Origin: a virus
IMG/VR virus record: IMGVR_UViG_3300029999_000001
Location: 3,557-67,556 of that record
Direction: 5' to 3' (one strand)
DNA: 64,000 nt
Notes under the pieces: model-generated
What the model was told of the DNA's origin: nothing
What the model saw: the letters and a program-made list of their open reading frames with translations, nothing else
The model's database searches: none
Part shown: in pieces, positions 59,761 to 64,000 of the stretch
How positions within the stretch are numbered: the first letter of the stretch is position 1
Layout: every line of letters starts with the position of its first letter
Position numbers and translations under genes: made by a program

Positions 59761-60086
59761 TGCCCTGCCTCCCTTGCCATCTCCGCGTACCGGCGCTCCA
59801 GCTCGCCCCAGATCACCTCGTCATCGAACCCGGCCCGGGCCCACGCCAGGCTCAGATGCCAGCCGTCGTAGCCGGACCCGGACGGGTAGCAGGGGCCTTC
59901 AAGAATGTCGCAGCGGTCCGGTTCGTCACCGTTATACAGGGGGCGGGGCGAGTGATACTCGACGCCGAGGGCATCGCCGTTGCGGCGCAGGGCGTGGTAC
60001 TCGACCGCGCCAGCTGCACCCGCGACGATGTAGCGCCACTGGCGGTCATCGTCGCGGTGGATGCGGTGGATTGCGGTGGCGGTCAC
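59757..60086 (-). CDS. Hypothetical protein
   Basis: GAGGAG before GTG 60086; YHSP.PLY...CDIL.GPCY. Confidence 0.6.
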   Translation of the reverse strand: MTATAIHRIHRDDDRQWRYIVAGAAGAVEYHALRRNGDALGVEYHSPRPLYNGDEPDRCDILEGPCYPSGSGYDGWHLSLAWARAGFDDEVIWGELERRYAEMAREAGQ

Positions 60087-60211
60087 CGTCCTGGCTCCTC
60101 GTCGTCCTCGGGCTCGCTGCACGGGCAGTCAGGGCTGTTGCAGTCGCAGCCCCAGGCGTCATTGGGGTCACAGCCGCACTCGGGGCATGGCTTCGGGCGC
60201 CCGGGGGTCAC
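60083..60211 (-). CDS. Metallothionein-like mini-protein (42 aa)
   Basis: MTPGRPKPCPECGCDPNDAWGCDCNSPDCPCSEPEDDEEPGR; GTGA-coupled at both ends. Confidence 0.55.
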   Translation of the reverse strand: MTPGRPKPCPECGCDPNDAWGCDCNSPDCPCSEPEDDEEPGR

Positions 60212-60546
60212 GAGAACTCCACGGGAACGAACCGGTTACCCGCCTCGTCACGGAAGTCACTGCCGTACGTGTCGTCCAGGCCGCCGCGCTGGGTCTCGAT
60301 CAGCGCCAGCAGGTCAGCCAGCACGACATGCCGGCCGTACTCGTCAAAGACGCCGCCGAGGTCCAGCAGTTGCCGCCAGGAGGCGAAGTCGGTCACGGGC
60401 CACGTCACAGCAGGCGGGGCGGTGTCCGGATCCGGGTAGGCGCGGAAGGTGAACGTCCATCCGATGCTGGACTTGCCGAGGTGCACCCAGTTGCTGCACT
60501 GGGACTCGCAGGCACCGGTAGGGCGCAGGTAGAAGTTGGTGGGCAC
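60208..60546 (-). CDS. Hypothetical phage protein
   Basis: M.TNFY...VHLGKSSIGW.F.FRAY...DEYG pattern. Confidence 0.7.
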   Translation of the reverse strand: MPTNFYLRPTGACESQCSNWVHLGKSSIGWTFTFRAYPDPDTAPPAVTWPVTDFASWRQLLDLGGVFDEYGRHVVLADLLALIETQRGGLDDTYGSDFRDEAGNRFVPVEFS

Positions 60547-60549
60547 GGG

Positions 60550-60822
60550 TCAGCCCTCCATCGCTGTCACGAGCAGGCGGCCGGTTCGGCCCTCCCTGAC
60601 CAGCCAGCCCTTGCGGCGGAGCACGGCGGTCATTTCCTTCAGCGCTAGCAGCCGCAAGCTCTCATCGTCGTTGGCCTCGTAGCTGACACGAACAGCCGAC
60701 GCGCCAGGTGTGCCGTGCCACTCCACGACGTAACCTTCGCGGTCATCGCGGGCCGCTGGGAGGTCAGCCGCGCGCAGGGTCGCGGAGACGGACCGGGCAG
60801 TGGGGGGCTTGGGGGTGCGCAT
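60550..60822 (-). CDS. Hypothetical protein
   Basis: GGGAGGG RBS. Confidence 0.6.
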   Translation of the reverse strand: MRTPKPPTARSVSATLRAADLPAARDDREGYVVEWHGTPGASAVRVSYEANDDESLRLLALKEMTAVLRRKGWLVREGRTGRLLVTAMEG

Positions 60823-60825
60823 GGG

Positions 60826-60999
60826 TCAGCCCTCCCTTGTGATCTCGGCGACGGCGGACCAAGCGCCGTGGGTGGAGCAGAAGATCTCGCCGCCAGCCTT
60901 GAACCGCCATCCAGAAACGGCGTCCTCGAAGGCGATGCTGTGGCCGCATGCGAGGTGCGCGATGCGGTCCACCGGGATCTCGGCGAAGTAGTCGCTCAT
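60826..60999 (-). CDS. Small Cys/His protein (57 aa)
   Basis: MSDYFAEIP...HLACGH...FCSTHG. Confidence 0.5.
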   Translation of the reverse strand: MSDYFAEIPVDRIAHLACGHSIAFEDAVSGWRFKAGGEIFCSTHGAWSAVAEITREG

Positions 61000-61001
61000 G
61001 C

Positions 61002-61280
61002 TCACTGACCAGCCTTCCTTGCTGCCGCCACGATCGCCGCTGACGCGACGTCAGGGCATCCGCCGTCGCTCTGGGCCCACGCCTCGAAGGCGCCCTCCGC
61101 CGCCGGGCACCTCTCGCAGATCACGTCCATGAGGACGACGCGAGTGAGCCGCTCCTCATCGGTCAGTCGCCGCTCGTGTGCTCTGCGGTCCAGGGTCTCC
61201 AGCGACCAGGCGAGCAGCCGCACGGGCAGCTCCCGGCATCGCGCCTTCATCTGCTCGACGACTTCTTCGCGGGTGCTCAT
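61002..61280 (-). CDS. Hypothetical protein
   Basis: ORF track. Confidence 0.6.
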   Translation of the reverse strand: MSTREEVVEQMKARCRELPVRLLAWSLETLDRRAHERRLTDEERLTRVVLMDVICERCPAAEGAFEAWAQSDGGCPDVASAAIVAAARKAGQ

Positions 61281-61283
61281 TGC

Positions 61284-61643
61284 TCAGGCCGCCTTCCGGG
61301 CCAGGACCAGCCGCGCGGCCAGCGAGTGCTTGCAGGACACCGCAGTGAGCCGGCGCAGGCCGCTCGGGCAGTTGCAGGTCTCCCGGTGGGTCAGGTAGGT
61401 CCGTTCCCCGTCGCTGCTCACTGCACGGAACACGCCGGGGCGGGAGGTGGGGACGAGACCGCCGTCCTCGATCAGCTCGCGGGCCTTCTCAACCTGCGCG
61501 GCGGCGAAGCCCTTGACGGCCTCGGCAGCAGCGGCGGCGCGGATGCGGGCCCGGCAGACGGGGCCGTAGGTCTGCGAGACCCGGAGCTTGCGCCCGCAGC
61601 GGAGGCAGCGGGCCGGCTCGGCTGGGGTCGTGGTCAGCTCCAT
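61284..61643 (-). CDS. DUF6011-like zinc finger plus SWIM-like domain protein
   Basis: RCLRCGRKL...YGPVC; CNCPSG...CKH (CxC-xn-CxH). Confidence 0.75.
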   Translation of the reverse strand: MELTTTPAEPARCLRCGRKLRVSQTYGPVCRARIRAAAAAEAVKGFAAAQVEKARELIEDGGLVPTSRPGVFRAVSSDGERTYLTHRETCNCPSGLRRLTAVSCKHSLAARLVLARKAA

Positions 61644-61645
61644 AG

Positions 61646-61704
61646 GCCACATCGTATGGCCACAACGTGTGGCATGGCAATAGGTTTTGGCCAACTCGTA
61701 TGGC
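61646..61704. promoter_or_regulatory. Three GCCA-N7-TGGC operator-like sites
   Basis: GCCACATCGTATGGC (61646), GCCACAACGTGTGGC (61659) and GCCAACTCGTATGGC (61690) between divergent genes. Confidence 0.7.
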
Positions 61705-61716
61705 ATCATTTTGTGC

Positions 61717-61950
61717 ATGGTCGAAAGCGACGGGATCAAGCGGCTGCGACAGCTCGCCAGCAAGAGAGACCGGCTCGACGCCGACATCGACGCGCTGACG
61801 GACGACCTGCTGCGCGAGGGTGAGTTCGTAGAAGACATCGCCGCCGCACTCAGCACCTCCCGCGAGAAGGTGCGCCGCTTCCGCAAGGATCGCAACATCC
61901 CGGATGCGCGCGAGATCCGCCGCGCGAAGGGCGCACCGGGGCGCCGCTGA
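61717..61950 (+). CDS. Small HTH repressor-like protein
   Basis: FVEDIAAALSTSREKVRRFRK; lone plus-strand gene in the early region. Confidence 0.7.
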   Translation: MVESDGIKRLRQLASKRDRLDADIDALTDDLLREGEFVEDIAAALSTSREKVRRFRKDRNIPDAREIRRAKGAPGRR

Positions 61951-62292
61951 TCAGGCGGCACGGCCGTCCCGCCTCGCTGCCGTCTCCTGCACTACCGGCT
62001 CGTAGTTCCTGGTTGCCGCGTCCACACTGATCCCCACCCGCCCAGCCGCCTCCGCCACACTCACGCCCCACGACCGGAGTTCCGCGTAGTCCTCCAGCCG
62101 GTCCGCGTACGAGCCTGTGGCCCGCTGACGGCTCGGCCGGGGGCCACCCTCAGGACGGCCCTGACGCTGCCAGCGGCGGTTGCATGTGTAGCAGTAGGGG
62201 CCGCGCCAGCCCGCATAGGAGGCATCCTCGGGACGGATGGCCGGGCATGCGAGGCAGGTTGGCCCATGGATCCACCTGCCGACGAGGCTCAC
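61951..62292 (-). CDS. Zinc finger plus HTH protein
   Basis: CLAC, CYTC; DYAELRSWGVSVAEAAGRVGISVDAA. Confidence 0.65.
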   Translation of the reverse strand: MSLVGRWIHGPTCLACPAIRPEDASYAGWRGPYCYTCNRRWQRQGRPEGGPRPSRQRATGSYADRLEDYAELRSWGVSVAEAAGRVGISVDAATRNYEPVVQETAARRDGRAA

Positions 62293-62513
62293 GGTTCCTC
62301 CCCCGTGGCCTTGCCGCTGATCAGCGCGCACGCCGTCGCGTACTGGGCGACGCACTTCATCGAGCAGAACGTGGCCGCGACCGAAACCTCCGGGTTGCCG
62401 GTGAGTGCCGCCATGAACCCGGACGGCTCTCCCTGCTGAAGAAGATGCAGCCATCCGGTAGCGGGCATGGGGGCGAAGGCGCGGCAGTTGTCACACTGGA
62501 CGCCGGCGGTCAT
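62289..62513 (-). CDS. Zinc-finger hypothetical protein
   Basis: CDNC...FCSMKC. Confidence 0.6.
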   Translation of the reverse strand: MTAGVQCDNCRAFAPMPATGWLHLLQQGEPSGFMAALTGNPEVSVAATFCSMKCVAQYATACALISGKATGEEP

Positions 62514-63169
62514 CTCGGCCCCTGATCCCGTGCGGCCATCAGCAGGCGCGTCACCTCGCGGATATGGTCGGCTGTTTTCCAGCGGATCGTCTCGCGGCTG
62601 TCCGTGATGTGGAGCATGTCGCCCGCCTCGACCTCGCGGTGGTCGGTGACCCTGGCCTCATGCCAGTCGCCGCCGTGATCCTTGCCGCTTACGCACGTCA
62701 GCGTCCAGTAGCCGACGGAGCGCACCGCGCCGCACTGCCCGGCTGCCAGTGCCGCACCAAGGGCGGGGGTGACATCCTGGTCGGGTTCGGTGCTCGCCGC
62801 AGGCTGATTGCCGGACCAGATGACCCGGCCGGCGAACCCCCCGCGCTCTTCCGCCTTAGCAGCCCGCAGCTCCTCCAGCTGTGCCCGGCTGACGCCTGCC
62901 TGCCCGGCGAGGGTGTACAGCACCTCAAGGATGTCGGCGAGTTCCCCCGGGTCACCGGAGTTGAGGTATTCCTGAACCTCTTCCCGGAGTTTGTCCCGCA
63001 GCCGGATACGGTATTCCCCGGTGCCGGCTGTGTATGTGACGGGTTCCGGGCCCTGGGACCGGATGATCTCCGGGATCTTGTCGCGTACCAGCTTGCCGTG
63101 ACCATACGGTCCCGCCAGTGCCGCACCGAGGGCCGCCCGTTCGGGTGCGTCAGGCTCGGTGTCGGCCAT
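62510..63169 (-). CDS. Protein with a MazG-like (all-alpha NTP pyrophosphohydrolase) domain
   Basis: GKLVRDKIPEII, KLREEVQEY, ELADILEV, KAEERGGF. Confidence 0.8.
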   Translation of the reverse strand: MADTEPDAPERAALGAALAGPYGHGKLVRDKIPEIIRSQGPEPVTYTAGTGEYRIRLRDKLREEVQEYLNSGDPGELADILEVLYTLAGQAGVSRAQLEELRAAKAEERGGFAGRVIWSGNQPAASTEPDQDVTPALGAALAAGQCGAVRSVGYWTLTCVSGKDHGGDWHEARVTDHREVEAGDMLHITDSRETIRWKTADHIREVTRLLMAARDQGPR

Positions 63170-63582
63170 CAGAACGGGCCCTCCTCGTCATCGTCATCGG
63201 CTGCCGCTGGCAGTGCGGGGCGCTCCCACGGGCCAGGCATCTCCGGTTCGGGCGGCGTGATCAGGTGCACCGAATCAGGCGGGAACTTCGCGATCTCCCG
63301 GCCGTCGGCGTCCCGCAGGAAGGCGTACGGCTGGCCGCAGAACGTGCCCTCAGTGAGATAGCCGGTGTACTCCTGGTAGCCCTTGATCTGAACGTCGCAG
63401 TAGACACCCTCGGGCTGCGGAGCACCCGGGCCGGGGCTGCCGCAGGCCTCGATGACGGCCATTACTGCTTCAACCTGCTTGTCGCACGTCTTGCATCGGG
63501 CGCAATCGTCCATGCTCTGCTGCAGGGCCGCATCGATCCGCCGGGCCAGTTCCTCGCGGGTGATGGTCTCGCTGGTACTCAT
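63169..63582 (-). CDS. Hypothetical protein
   Basis: ORF track; CARCKTC; ends EEGPF. Confidence 0.6.
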   Translation of the reverse strand: MSTSETITREELARRIDAALQQSMDDCARCKTCDKQVEAVMAVIEACGSPGPGAPQPEGVYCDVQIKGYQEYTGYLTEGTFCGQPYAFLRDADGREIAKFPPDSVHLITPPEPEMPGPWERPALPAAADDDDEEGPF

Positions 63583-64000
63583 GCCGCATTGCCTCCGATC
63601 TGCCGCAGGTACGCCTCAGCCTCAGCACCCACGGTCGGCAGGCCGACTACTTCCCGGTAGTTTTCCGGGTCCACTGAAATCGGGACCAGCGCCGGCACCC
63701 GGTACGCTTCCGCCAGCTCGCGGAGCAGATGATGCGGTTCGGTCAGGGCCTCATCAACGAGGAGGATCGCGGCGACCCGCGCGTACTGGGCCCGGTACCC
63801 CTGCGTCGCGGGGATCACCCGGCCACCGAGCTCCACCACACCGAGGATCGGTGCTTCGCGGGACAGGTAGTGGTTGATCACGCCAAGGTCGGTGGTGGCG
63901 TAGATCCCGCACCTGCATTCCATGCCGGGCACCGGGCCGTGCTCCTCCTCGTCGTCCTTCGCCTTCTTCCTCGGCTGCCCGCATGTTGCGGTGATGAGCT
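63579..64000 (-). CDS. Hypothetical phage protein (5' end likely outside the window)
   Basis: ECRCGIYA...GVVELGGRVI...GYRAQYA pattern; continues toward the window edge. Confidence 0.6.
   Translation of the reverse strand, partial: LITATCGQPRKKAKDDEEEHGPVPGMECRCGIYATTDLGVINHYLSREAPILGVVELGGRVIPATQGYRAQYARVAAILLVDEALTEPHHLLRELAEAYRVPALVPISVDPENYREVVGLPTVGAEAEAYLRQIGGNAA

Noticed and set aside
1-64000. CRISPR array, diversity-generating retroelement, invertase shufflon, tail sheath, DNA polymerase
   Set aside because: No spaced repeat array, reverse transcriptase motif, serine recombinase, sheath or polymerase motif was seen in this window.

Overview
The whole window is phage DNA: about 64 kb of a temperate, very GC-rich siphovirus, most likely infecting an actinobacterium (codon usage, leaderless promoters, protein families). 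It is in the excised configuration, because an intact attP (3' half of a tRNA-Thr(UGU) between 21-bp arm-type repeats, ~55.2-55.5 kb) has phage genes on both sides. Plus strand, 0.8-48.8 kb, is the late operon: terminase, portal fused to a ParB-like domain, MuF, T4-gp21-type protease/scaffold, major capsid protein, neck, tail tube, -1 frameshifted chaperones, tape measure, hub and at least six fibre/spike-like proteins. It also carries a PhoD-like phosphoesterase fusion, a minimal VIT1/CCC1-like membrane protein, a GH25 endolysin and a separate papain-like peptidase plus holin-like cassette. Small antisense, mostly leaderless genes interrupt this operon. 48.9-55.5 kb holds a GT2 glucan synthase/GH16 pair, excisionase, repressor, tyrosine integrase and attP. 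55.5-64 kb holds an initiator-type tRNA followed by three closed multibranch RNA-like structures, a small secreted-type peptide behind an XRE regulator, and many small minus-strand early genes. The best lead for an undescribed system is a possible RNA switch: the capsid leader has a 14-bp anti-SD element, and one tRNA-linked structured RNA carries the complement of that element, near the peptide/XRE pair. All family calls come from motif recognition by eye; no searches or folding programs were run.
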